From a bacterium (GTDB lineage: Bacteria; Bacillota_I; Bacilli_A; RF39; UBA660): a stretch of DNA of 64,000 bases. The stretch spans positions 149 to 64,148 of the forward strand of contig CAVIUA010000003.1 of the NCBI GenBank assembly GCA_963645945.1, read 5' to 3'. The notes beneath the pieces were generated by a model. The model was not told where the DNA came from. It saw nothing but the letters and a program-made list of their open reading frames with translations, and searched no databases. Below are positions 28,377 through 37,576 of the stretch, piece by piece (within the stretch, counting starts at the first letter, position 1; each line of letters starts with the position of its first letter). The translations under genes were made by a program, and so were the position numbers.

Positions 28377-29053
28377 TCTTTTACTTTTTTTAAGTCATAT
28401 ACTATATCAGCTGATTTACATACATTTGCTGAATGAGTAACAATTATTACACATTTATTTTCTTTATGAGCTAGTTCTTTAAACGTCTTTAATATTTCGT
28501 TTTCTGTTTGTTTATCTAGGTTACCTGTGGGCTCATCTGCAACTATCATTTTAGGATTATATGATAAGCTTCTCGCTATTGCGACTCTTTGTTGTTCTCC
28601 TCCTGATAGTCTTAATACTTTTCTGTTTGCGTAACTTGATTTCAGTCCTACTTTTTCCATTAGTTTAATTGCTTGTTCTTTCTTATTTTCAAATTTTTGT
28701 CCTGATGCATCCATTGATAATATTATATTTTCTACTGCTGTCATATAAGGTAGAAGATTATAACTTTGAAAAACTATTCCGATTTCTTTACTACGATACA
28801 CATCTAAATTTATATCTTTTAAGTCTTTTCCGTCGAAAATAATTTTTCCTTCTCTACATCTTTCTAGTCCTGTAATTAGAGATAATAATGTAGTTTTACC
28901 TGTTCCTGATCTGCCTCTTATGGCATATACTTTTCCTGCTTCAAAGTCATAACTTACATTTTTTAAAGCGTATTCATCTTTTTCGGCATCGGCATATCTA
29001 TAACTTGCTTTTTGTACGCTTAATAAAACACTACTTTTACTCATGTATATCAC
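28370..29053 (-). CDS. ABC transporter ATP-binding protein (MacB/FtsE-like)
   Basis: GRSGTGKTT, LSGGEQQRVAIAR, IVADEPTGNLD. Confidence 0.9.
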   Translation of the reverse strand: MIYMSKSSVLLSVQKASYRYADAEKDEYALKNVSYDFEAGKVYAIRGRSGTGKTTLLSLITGLERCREGKIIFDGKDLKDINLDVYRSKEIGIVFQSYNLLPYMTAVENIILSMDASGQKFENKKEQAIKLMEKVGLKSSYANRKVLRLSGGEQQRVAIARSLSYNPKMIVADEPTGNLDKQTENEILKTFKELAHKENKCVIIVTHSANVCKSADIVYDLKKVKEC

Positions 29054-30534
29054 GACCTTTCTTTCAATATTGTTAATGGCGAAAATCTTTGAATACTTAT
29101 CATAGCAGAAACACTACTTAATAGTACTAATAGTATACCTATTCCAAATAATTCAACTAATACTTTAGCATTAACAACTGCGTCTATTGTTTCATATGCT
29201 TGAATATTTGCTGTACCAGAAGGCATATTAGGCATTTCTTTAAAATCACCTTTCATATTGCCAACAAAATTTTGTTTCATGTCTTCTTTTTGACTGCTGG
29301 TGCTTTTTATCTCATTTTCTAAGAGTGAATTACTTACACTCTTCGATAGCATTGCTCCAAGTCCTGCTCCTAATGTTAAGGCAACTATCGCTATAATCAT
29401 TAATTCAGATACAAATTGAAGAGTTAATTTAAGTTTACTAAATCCTATTGTTCTAAATACACCTATTTCATATTTTCTTTCTCGAATATTTATAAGGTTT
29501 AGTATAACTAATACTACTCCAGCTATAACTAGAGTTATAATTAAGAACGTTATAGCAAAACTTTTTACATTTTTTACTGACTGTAAGGATGATGTTGCTT
29601 GTTCTTCATTTGTTTCTACTACATAGTTTTCATCTAGTCCTTTTTTATAAAACTCATCTTGTATTTTATCTTTATTTTTATAGGAGTCTATAATAAATGT
29701 TGGACTTAGATTAGCATTAATATTTTCATTGTCATCGGTAATATTTACTAAAGCATCTGCATTGGTAATAATTGTATTAGCTGATGATGAAAACATATCC
29801 ATTTTATTTGATTTAGTATTTTTGGAATCTTCATTTTCTTTATATATACCTATTATTTCAAATTCATAGGTATTTTCGTCTTCATCTTTAAGAGTTATTT
29901 TATTACCTAGTTCTAGATTATTATATTCAGCTAATTCTTCATTAATAAATACATAATTTCCAGAAAAGGCTATTTCCCAGGCATTATCTTTAATTTCACT
30001 CATTGTATAAGTTCCATTTATAAACTCACTCATTGCTTCCAGAGTACTATATCCTGTAACTGTGAAGTCTAAGGTGTTATTTCCTGGCATATCTTTATTT
30101 TCTTTCATATCTGGCATATTATTTTTTTCATCATTTGAAAATTCTGCTTTTTCAATAGTTTCTCCAGATAAAGATATACTATAAGTATAATAATAACTCT
30201 TTATATATTTACTTTTAGCAAAGTTTTTTATATCTTCTACTGTATATGAATCTATATTATTAAACTTTTCTTTAACTTTTTCTTTTCCTTCTTCATTAGA
30301 AAAGTCAAATTGTTCTTTCATATTTGTTCTATCAAATGCAATTGTTAATTCTTTATCATATGCACTTTTATATGAATTAATTAAATCTGTTGCTGTATTA
30401 TTGATTGCTAAAACAATGGTACAAGTACATGCTATTACTAATATTATTGATCCAATGAGAATATTTCTTCCTTTATTTCTTGTGATTGATATATATGCAT
30501 TCTTTAAAATATACATTTTTCCTCCTTTATACAT
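29050..30534 (-). CDS. FtsX/MacB-like ABC transporter permease
   Basis: 494 aa with an N-terminal TM, a ~280-aa extracytoplasmic domain and a C-terminal FtsX-type TM bundle. It is coupled to the ATPase gene. Confidence 0.8.
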   Translation of the reverse strand: MYKGGKMYILKNAYISITRNKGRNILIGSIILVIACTCTIVLAINNTATDLINSYKSAYDKELTIAFDRTNMKEQFDFSNEEGKEKVKEKFNNIDSYTVEDIKNFAKSKYIKSYYYTYSISLSGETIEKAEFSNDEKNNMPDMKENKDMPGNNTLDFTVTGYSTLEAMSEFINGTYTMSEIKDNAWEIAFSGNYVFINEELAEYNNLELGNKITLKDEDENTYEFEIIGIYKENEDSKNTKSNKMDMFSSSANTIITNADALVNITDDNENINANLSPTFIIDSYKNKDKIQDEFYKKGLDENYVVETNEEQATSSLQSVKNVKSFAITFLIITLVIAGVVLVILNLINIRERKYEIGVFRTIGFSKLKLTLQFVSELMIIAIVALTLGAGLGAMLSKSVSNSLLENEIKSTSSQKEDMKQNFVGNMKGDFKEMPNMPSGTANIQAYETIDAVVNAKVLVELFGIGILLVLLSSVSAMISIQRFSPLTILKERS

Positions 30535-30581
30535 TTTAAATTTAACATATAAATCTTAAATAAAACTTAAAAGGAATCAAA

Positions 30582-31787
30582 TTATTTTTGATTCCATGTT
30601 ACTTTAAATGTAGTTATTCCTGCTTCGGAATGAGCCATTATACTTCCATTATTCTTAGTTACTATATTTTTAGCAATAGCAAGACCTAATCCATATCTAT
30701 TACTATCTCTATTTCTAGAACTATCTGAGCGATAAAATCTTTCAAATATTTTTTCTTCTTCATTACTAGGTATTGCAGCACCTGTATTTTCTACCTTTAA
30801 GATAATTTCTTTTTTATTATTTTTAGATAAAAATATATTTACATATCCTTTTTTATCACAATGTTTTATAGCATTATCTATTAAAATAGACATTAATTCT
30901 TTTATTTGTTCATCATTACATTTGTAATAAATATCATCTTCTATATTATATGTTAATTTTATTTTCTTTTCATAGAATAGACTTTCAAATGTTAAAATAC
31001 TATTTTCTATTATTTTGGATATATTTAAATTACTTAAAATTACATTGTCTTGTTCTGTCTTAGATAATTCCAATAAATTTTTAACTAGATTTTCCATTCT
31101 TTCTGATTCACTTTTCATGTTATCTACCCATTTTACATTTTTATCTTGATAGTACATTTCGGCACTAGCTAGCATTACCGAAATAGGTGTTTTTAATTCA
31201 TGGGATGCATCAGCAATAAATTGTTTCTGTTTTTCAAAACTTTCTTTTACAGGTTTCATTATCCATTTAGTTAGTTTTATTGTTGTAAATGTTATTATTA
31301 TTTCTGACAGTATAATTAAAATTATTGTTTTTAGTAAATAAGTTTTTAATGTTTCATTTGTTGTACTTATATCTATTAAATTAATAGTATTATTATTTGT
31401 ATATGAATATACATATTTATTAAAGATTAAATTATTTATAGAAATGTTACTTTTATTTTTCTTTATTATTTTTTTTGATTTTTTAATTACTTCATCAATA
31501 TCAGTATCATTATTAGTATAATTAATTATTCCATAATATTTTCCTGATGAATCTAATATAATTGTATATACTTTGTATCCTAAATATATTTTATTATTGT
31601 TATCTGGCTCTATATGTGAATAGGGAGTTTTATTTTGTTCAAACATATTCATTTGTACTAATATTTTTTCTATTGTATCTTTTTGCATTTTATAGTTTTG
31701 ATAAAATGCAAATGTAAATACATATATTGTTAGTATTGTAAGTATTGAAAAAATTGTTATAAATATTTTGTTCCTAGTCTTCTTCAT
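30582..31787 (-). CDS. sensor histidine kinase
   Basis: Two TM helices flank an ~120-aa loop. H-box ADASHELKTP, then N, G1 and G2 boxes (DNAIKH, GLGLAIAK). Confidence 0.9.
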   Translation of the reverse strand: MKKTRNKIFITIFSILTILTIYVFTFAFYQNYKMQKDTIEKILVQMNMFEQNKTPYSHIEPDNNNKIYLGYKVYTIILDSSGKYYGIINYTNNDTDIDEVIKKSKKIIKKNKSNISINNLIFNKYVYSYTNNNTINLIDISTTNETLKTYLLKTIILIILSEIIITFTTIKLTKWIMKPVKESFEKQKQFIADASHELKTPISVMLASAEMYYQDKNVKWVDNMKSESERMENLVKNLLELSKTEQDNVILSNLNISKIIENSILTFESLFYEKKIKLTYNIEDDIYYKCNDEQIKELMSILIDNAIKHCDKKGYVNIFLSKNNKKEIILKVENTGAAIPSNEEEKIFERFYRSDSSRNRDSNRYGLGLAIAKNIVTKNNGSIMAHSEAGITTFKVTWNQK

Positions 31788-32460
31788 TGCAAATCTCCAA
31801 TTTGTATCCTACATTTCTAATTGATTTTATTCTTATATTGGCATTAATTGATTTAAGTTTTTTTCTAATGAATGATATGTATACTTCAACTGTATTTATT
31901 TCACTTTCACTATCATAACCCCAGATTTTATTAAAGATTTCTTCTTTGGAAATAATTATATTTTTATTTTGAAGAAGCATTGTTAGTAGATTATATTCTT
32001 TACCTATAACACCTATATTTTCCATGGTATCTTTATTAACTATTTTTAATTCATTACTATTTAGTTCAATATTTCCATAAGATAACTCTTTATTATTTTT
32101 AACTATTCTATTTAATAATACATTTACTCTGGCTACTAATTCTTCTATGTGAAATGGTTTTGTTAAATAATCATCTGCTCCTTTAGTAAATCCTTCTAAT
32201 TTATCATCTATACTTGATTTAGCTGTTAACATAATTACTTTGGAATCTATTTTATAGTTTTTTAATTCTTTTAATATTTCAAAACCATTAAGACCCGGTA
32301 GCATTACATCAAGTATTATAAGATTATAATTATTTGTTAGAGCTTCATCTAATCCTTTTTCACCAGTAGTTATTATTTTTACTGAATAATTTTCTTTACT
32401 CAATCGTATTGCAATTACATCTGCTAATTTATATTCATCTTCAATAATTAATATTTTCAT
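31774..32460 (-). CDS. OmpR-family response regulator
   Basis: Receiver domain (IILDVMLPG, LTAK) plus a winged-helix output domain (VEVYISFIRKKL..IRNVGYKL). Confidence 0.9.
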   Translation of the reverse strand: MKILIIEDEYKLADVIAIRLSKENYSVKIITTGEKGLDEALTNNYNLIILDVMLPGLNGFEILKELKNYKIDSKVIMLTAKSSIDDKLEGFTKGADDYLTKPFHIEELVARVNVLLNRIVKNNKELSYGNIELNSNELKIVNKDTMENIGVIGKEYNLLTMLLQNKNIIISKEEIFNKIWGYDSESEINTVEVYISFIRKKLKSINANIRIKSIRNVGYKLEICNEED

Positions 32461-32530
32461 ACTTCACCATCCAAAATATTTATTATTTATATTATTATAT
32501 AAATTAAAGTTTAAAGCAACCTTAAATTTA

Positions 32531-32558
32531 AAAGAAAAAGTTGAATTAATCAACTTTT
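32531..32558 (-). terminator. rho-independent terminator after fibre locus C
   Basis: AAAAGTTGA / TCAACTTTT stem (32536-32544 / 32550-32558) followed on the minus strand by TTTTTCTTTT. It overlaps the stop codon of 32557-34911. Confidence 0.6.
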
Positions 32559-34911
32559 AAGAAATTCTATATGGATCTGTTTTTGTACCTGTACCTGATG
32601 TATAGTTTGATGTTCCTAATATACTAAATGTTACTCTAACTGGTAAGCCATTATAAACTAAGCTGTAACCTATTCCACCGTTAGCATCTATTGTGGCAGC
32701 ATATTGACCATTTCCTCCATTACCATGAGAAATTGTCCATTCTTTTAATCCTAAATAGAGCCAGTTGTTTGCTCTAATAGTTGAATTACTATAAACTGCC
32801 ATGTTTCTACCCCAAGAACCTGAAGATGCACTTAGACCATATTCATAATTATATATGACACCAAACTTTCCTGTAGATGTTATTCCATCTACAATTTCTT
32901 GTGTATATACTGAAGATGCTTTATTAAGTATAGCATTAAAGTAATTTATCTCGGGATGATACCAAGTTGAGTCTACAATTTTACTTTGCCAAGTAGATGA
33001 AAATTGATTAAGAAAATTGACATTTAAGTTTGTTGTTAGAAAAGGTCCATTCCAATCATTTGGTGAAGCATATCCATCAGAATTGTTATAGGCGTATGTT
33101 GCTACATTGGCTTGACTTCCTACATAAGTATCAACAGAAGTACCAGCTGTTGTTCCTATATATGCACCATCCGTACCTAACATTTCTGTTGTAGCATAGT
33201 CTGCGGTTATTAATTTTACATTTCCATTTTCTACTCCAATCATTCTAAATAAGTATTTGTCTGGACATGTTGCTTCATCGGAACCGAAACAAATATAATT
33301 ATTCGGATTAGCTCCTGCGTATCTATAACTTCCATCAGAAATTCCATTAACTTGACTTCCGTCATGATGATATATAAAATCATCACCTTCATCTGATATT
33401 GTTTGAATTGTTTCAGCAAGCGTTTTTTGATTTTGATATGGTGTAGGGTCTACTACGTTCTTTGATTCTATTGTATATGGAGAACTTGCTGTCCCGTCTC
33501 CTTCATTATAATATAAATTGGCTTTTAAATTAATAACTGGTCTATATCCATATTCTCCTGTTACTATTCCGCCTGTTATTTTACCTGATGTATCTACATA
33601 CATAACATTTGCTGATTTTGTTAAGCCAAATAACGCATAGACAAATTCATATGGCGTCATTGTCCAGAAAGCTTGTCCTGTATATAGATAATAATTTGTG
33701 TTATTTGTACTATATCCTCCAGCAAAGTATACTTCGTCCATTGACAATAACGCTACTGGATATTCTAGTTTTTTTGTTCCTGATATTGCTGCTGTTGTAG
33801 TTATATAACTTGTTGATGGACATTCCAATGTTGGTGAACTATTAGCTAAACGAGTTTTACCTGAGAATGTTGCTTCTGAATTATTTGTATAATCACTATA
33901 GGTACCAGATGTTGTACTTATATCATTACAGTAGCCTGCATTATAATCTAAATAATCCGAATAATTTGTTAAGTTGCTTTCATACCAGGTTTTAATAGCA
34001 CTGTATACTTTTGATTGAATTGTTACGCTTTCATAATATTTTACTAATAAGTGTGCTGGTTTGCTTGATAACAATACGTTAGCATCATTATATTTATTTG
34101 TTCCTGGTGATGTTGCGGTTGAAGTTGCGTCTGCTGTTGTACCTTGATATACCAATCGTACAGATCCATCACCATTTATTCTTACTATTCTCCAGTAAAG
34201 ATTGGCAAAGTATACATAGTTATTTTTAACATCTCCACGGAAATAATATGTAGTTCCATCATTATCAGTAGTAGCATACATTCCTTCATCTGTTGTTGAA
34301 GCTTGGGTAAGAGTTGGCGTTCCTTTAGCGCTAATTGCATCGGTTCCACCATTGTCTAATAATACTTTATCTTTTAAATATATGTCTACTACTGGAGGAA
34401 TATATTCTTCAAAGACATATTTTAATTCCAATATGTTAGTATATTCTGAATTAGCTGGTCTTGATACTACTGGTAATACTTTAATAATAAAATCTACTGA
34501 GGTGCCTGGCTCAACAATATCTCCTATTGATAAACCTGATACTAAGTATGAAACGTTTTCTGAATTTGTATTATTTAAAACTATAATATCTTTTAATTCA
34601 TATCTTTTATCCGAATAATTTGTAACTGTTGCTTGATAATCAGCAACTGATGTATCCGATGGAAGGGATGTATAAGTTATTGTCGTATCTTTTGAATAAT
34701 TACAGTTATATGTTTCATAAGCATCATCTACCGTTCTTGACAATTTATTTCCAGTTATTCTAATGTCAGCAGCAATTCTTAGACTCATATCTCCTGATAT
34801 ATTTAATGATGTATTTAGAGCCGAATAACCAATACTAATGGTTAATATAAACAATGCAAAAGACATAATTACTACATTTCTTTTTGAAAAAATTAATTTT
34901 ATGTATTTCAT
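32557..34911 (-). CDS. large secreted fibre-associated/adhesin-like protein (locus C)
   Basis: 784 aa. Signal/TM then SIGYSALNTSLNISGDMSL. An N-terminal subunit-like domain is followed by two modules, each ending in G-x-G-T-x(3,4)-PY-x-I (GDGTASSPYTIES; GTGTKTDPYRIS). Contains YYFRGDVKNNYVYFANLYWRIVRINGDGSVRL. Confidence 0.6.
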   Translation of the reverse strand: MKYIKLIFSKRNVVIMSFALFILTISIGYSALNTSLNISGDMSLRIAADIRITGNKLSRTVDDAYETYNCNYSKDTTITYTSLPSDTSVADYQATVTNYSDKRYELKDIIVLNNTNSENVSYLVSGLSIGDIVEPGTSVDFIIKVLPVVSRPANSEYTNILELKYVFEEYIPPVVDIYLKDKVLLDNGGTDAISAKGTPTLTQASTTDEGMYATTDNDGTTYYFRGDVKNNYVYFANLYWRIVRINGDGSVRLVYQGTTADATSTATSPGTNKYNDANVLLSSKPAHLLVKYYESVTIQSKVYSAIKTWYESNLTNYSDYLDYNAGYCNDISTTSGTYSDYTNNSEATFSGKTRLANSSPTLECPSTSYITTTAAISGTKKLEYPVALLSMDEVYFAGGYSTNNTNYYLYTGQAFWTMTPYEFVYALFGLTKSANVMYVDTSGKITGGIVTGEYGYRPVINLKANLYYNEGDGTASSPYTIESKNVVDPTPYQNQKTLAETIQTISDEGDDFIYHHDGSQVNGISDGSYRYAGANPNNYICFGSDEATCPDKYLFRMIGVENGNVKLITADYATTEMLGTDGAYIGTTAGTSVDTYVGSQANVATYAYNNSDGYASPNDWNGPFLTTNLNVNFLNQFSSTWQSKIVDSTWYHPEINYFNAILNKASSVYTQEIVDGITSTGKFGVIYNYEYGLSASSGSWGRNMAVYSNSTIRANNWLYLGLKEWTISHGNGGNGQYAATIDANGGIGYSLVYNGLPVRVTFSILGTSNYTSGTGTKTDPYRIS

Positions 34912-34930
34912 TGTTTTTCACCTCTTTATT

Positions 34931-35527
34931 TTACATTGTTTGACCATAGTTAATTGTAATATCAAGATTAGATACAGCTACATCATTGTTTGGTAATTCT
35001 TCAGCTGTTATATCATCTTTATAAGTTAGTGTTAATATAAGTGATTTTGATGTTTCTTGATTTAAAATATCTCCTACATTTAAGGTTGTTCCATCAGAAT
35101 AAGTAAGAGTATATGTTAAATGTGAACATACATTATTGGCATCATTTACGGCGTTATCACCTGTTCCTGTACAACTTGGTGTTGATATGTCTAATGAAGT
35201 AATTTTTGCTTTAAATGTCCCTTCATTAGCAACATCAAATGTATAAGAAACAGAGTCTCCTGGTGTTGTAAATTTTACATTATAGCCAGAAAGTGTTGTA
35301 CCTTTTTCATTTATTTCTGGTGCTGTTATTTCTTCAGCAGTTCCAAGTAATGTTGCGGATGATAGGTTTTTAAACTTAATTACCCAGGACGAATGATTAA
35401 CAGTTGCTTCACCATTGATATTTAAGGCATCACTAAAAGAGGCATAACCTACAGTTATTGCTACTGTTGATACAATAAGAGCTACTATTAAAGCTATTTT
35501 ATAGTTAATGCTTTTTCTTCTCATCAT
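34931..35527 (-). CDS. secreted TasA/camelysin-like fibre-subunit candidate
   Basis: 198 aa with VGYASFSDALNINGEATV, the Cys pair PSCTG...VC and C-terminal VSNLDITINYGQ. It aligns along its full length with 11101-11712. RBS AAGGAGAA. Confidence 0.6.
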   Translation of the reverse strand: MMRRKSINYKIALIVALIVSTVAITVGYASFSDALNINGEATVNHSSWVIKFKNLSSATLLGTAEEITAPEINEKGTTLSGYNVKFTTPGDSVSYTFDVANEGTFKAKITSLDISTPSCTGTGDNAVNDANNVCSHLTYTLTYSDGTTLNVGDILNQETSKSLILTLTYKDDITAEELPNNDVAVSNLDITINYGQTM

Positions 35528-35545
35528 AACCCGTTCTCCTTTATA

Positions 35546-36157
35546 TTAATTACAACTTGAACTAGTACTTTGCCTGTATATTACATTAATTGAAAGATTT
35601 GATATCGTTACATCGGCTACTGGTAGTTCCTCTGCTGTTACTTCTTCACTATAACTTAAAAGTACGCGAAATTGATCGGTTGCGTTTGGTTTTAGTATTT
35701 TACCTGTTTCTATTTGATTTCCTGATGTATCAGTTAAGGTATATGTTAAATGTTTGCATACGTTTGCGGCATCATTAGTTGCATTTGTACCTGTACCAGT
35801 ACACACTGGTGTTGGTATTACAATACTTTCTATTTCAGCACAAAACGTACCTTTATTTTCAACATCAACAATATAACCAGCAAAGTCTCCAGGAGCTGTT
35901 AGACTTACACTATAGTTTCCTATAGTTGTTTTATTAGTATCTATTGATGGATGAGTTATTTCTGAGGCAAGTCCATTTAAATAAGCTGTTGATACATTTG
36001 TAAACACTACATTCCAACTAGAACTTTTAACACTAGCTGACCCAGAGATAGTTAGACTTTCACTAAATGAAGCATATCCTATGGCGATTGCTGTTACTAT
36101 TACTATCAATGTTCCAATTACAGTTATTTTTATATTTTGATTTGATCCTCTTCTCAT
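35546..36157 (-). CDS. secreted TasA/camelysin-like fibre-subunit candidate
   Basis: IGYASFSESLTISGSASV, the Cys pair PVCTG...VC and C-terminal ISNLSINVIYRQS. I prefer ATG 36157 (MRRGSNQ, 9 nt after AAGGAGA) to the track start at 36190. Confidence 0.6.
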   Translation of the reverse strand: MRRGSNQNIKITVIGTLIVIVTAIAIGYASFSESLTISGSASVKSSSWNVVFTNVSTAYLNGLASEITHPSIDTNKTTIGNYSVSLTAPGDFAGYIVDVENKGTFCAEIESIVIPTPVCTGTGTNATNDAANVCKHLTYTLTDTSGNQIETGKILKPNATDQFRVLLSYSEEVTAEELPVADVTISNLSINVIYRQSTSSSCN

Positions 36158-36410
36158 ATTGTTCATTCTCCTTGTATTATAATATAACATAAAAATACTA
36201 ATATGTCGATAATTTCATCATAGATGTTAATCCTTTTTTTAAATGTATACACTAATGAAGTTATATTATACCTTAAAAGGAGTACAAGCGATAATAGATA
36301 ATTAAAAACAACTTGAACAAGTTTTAAGAGAAAGAAATAAAAGATTAAAAGCAAGGGTTAATATGATGTGAACCCAAATCGGTAGGCATCTAAAAAAAGC
36401 AAATATAAAA

Positions 36411-36449
36411 ATCAAGGGCGAACGAAGTGAGTTCATCTAGACCCTTGAT
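36411..36449 (-). terminator. candidate terminator downstream of mraY
   Basis: ATCAAGGG / CCCTTGAT outer stem (36411-36418 / 36442-36449) with an inner GAAC/GTTC stem, T-rich on both sides (possibly bidirectional). Confidence 0.5.
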
Positions 36450-36508
36450 TTTTAGATTTCATTTGTTTAACATAATTTCATCATAGAACAAAAGACTTAT
36501 TAAAGTCC

Positions 36509-37498
36509 TTATAGCCATACTCCAAAAATTATTCCTGACATTGATAAAATTAATCCTACTACCCAGAATAATTTTACTATATCTGTTTCTTGCCAACCTA
36601 GTTTTTCAAAATGATGATGTAATGGTGTCATTAGGAATACTTTTTTATGAAATACTTGTACCCAGAATGTTTGTATTATTACTGATAATGTTTCTATTAC
36701 AAAGACACTGGCAACTACTAACAAAGTTAATTCTCTATGAGTAAGTATCGCAATAGCACCCATGGCTCCACCTAAAGCAAGGGAACCTGTATCACCCATG
36801 AATATTTTAGCTGGATAAGTATTATATATTAAAAATCCTAATAAACTTCCTGACAAAATCAAACTAAATATACCTATATCTTCAAATCCAACCATTAGGG
36901 ATATCAAACTAAAAGCTATAAAAGCTATAGCTGAAAGTCCTCCAGCTAAACCATCTAGACCATCTGTTAGATTAACAGCATTACTAGCACCTACTAATAC
37001 AAAAAGAATAAATAAACCATATAACCAGCCCATTTCAATATCGATGTGTAATGTTCCCACTACCCAGGATGTTTGTCCGCCAGATCGCATATAAATATAG
37101 AAAAATCCTATAGCAATTAAAACTTGCATAAATAGTTTTTGATAAGTTGTTAATCCTTCATTATGTCCTTTTCTAATAGATAAAAAGTCATCAATAAAAC
37201 CGATACATGCATAACCTAAAAATACTAGTAATACTATACCTAAATTAGAAGTATAAGGAATCTTACCAGTTAAGATTAAAGCCAATGTTGCTACGACTGT
37301 TGGTATTATAAATATTAGTCCACCCATGGTAGGAGTACCCTCTTTTTTTCGATGAGTTTCTCCAACGAATATGCTAATTTTTTGTCCTACTCGTAGTTTT
37401 TTTAAACATGGAACTAGTATCAAACCTAGTACTGCCGATATTAAGAATCCGGCCATAACAGCAAAAACCGCTTTTGTTAATAGTAACATTTTTGTCAC
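36509..37498 (-). CDS. mraY: phospho-N-acetylmuramoyl-pentapeptide transferase
   Basis: 329 aa polytopic protein. Motifs: KEGTPTMGG, DDFLSI, NAVNLTDGLDGLA, MGDTGSLALGG, PLHHHFE. Confidence 0.95.
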   Translation of the reverse strand: MTKMLLLTKAVFAVMAGFLISAVLGLILVPCLKKLRVGQKISIFVGETHRKKEGTPTMGGLIFIIPTVVATLALILTGKIPYTSNLGIVLLVFLGYACIGFIDDFLSIRKGHNEGLTTYQKLFMQVLIAIGFFYIYMRSGGQTSWVVGTLHIDIEMGWLYGLFILFVLVGASNAVNLTDGLDGLAGGLSAIAFIAFSLISLMVGFEDIGIFSLILSGSLLGFLIYNTYPAKIFMGDTGSLALGGAMGAIAILTHRELTLLVVASVFVIETLSVIIQTFWVQVFHKKVFLMTPLHHHFEKLGWQETDIVKLFWVVGLILSMSGIIFGVWL

Positions 37499-37576
37499 TC
37501 CATTTCTCTTGCAATATTATATCATATTCAAATTGTCAATATGAAAAAATAGACAATTGTAGACACAACTTTACAG

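Noticed and set aside
36163-36354. 63-aa minus-strand ORF upstream of locus C.
   Set aside because: It sits in the promoter/leader region of the 35546-36157 gene and overlaps its start. The sequence is hydrophobic and low-complexity, with no RBS.
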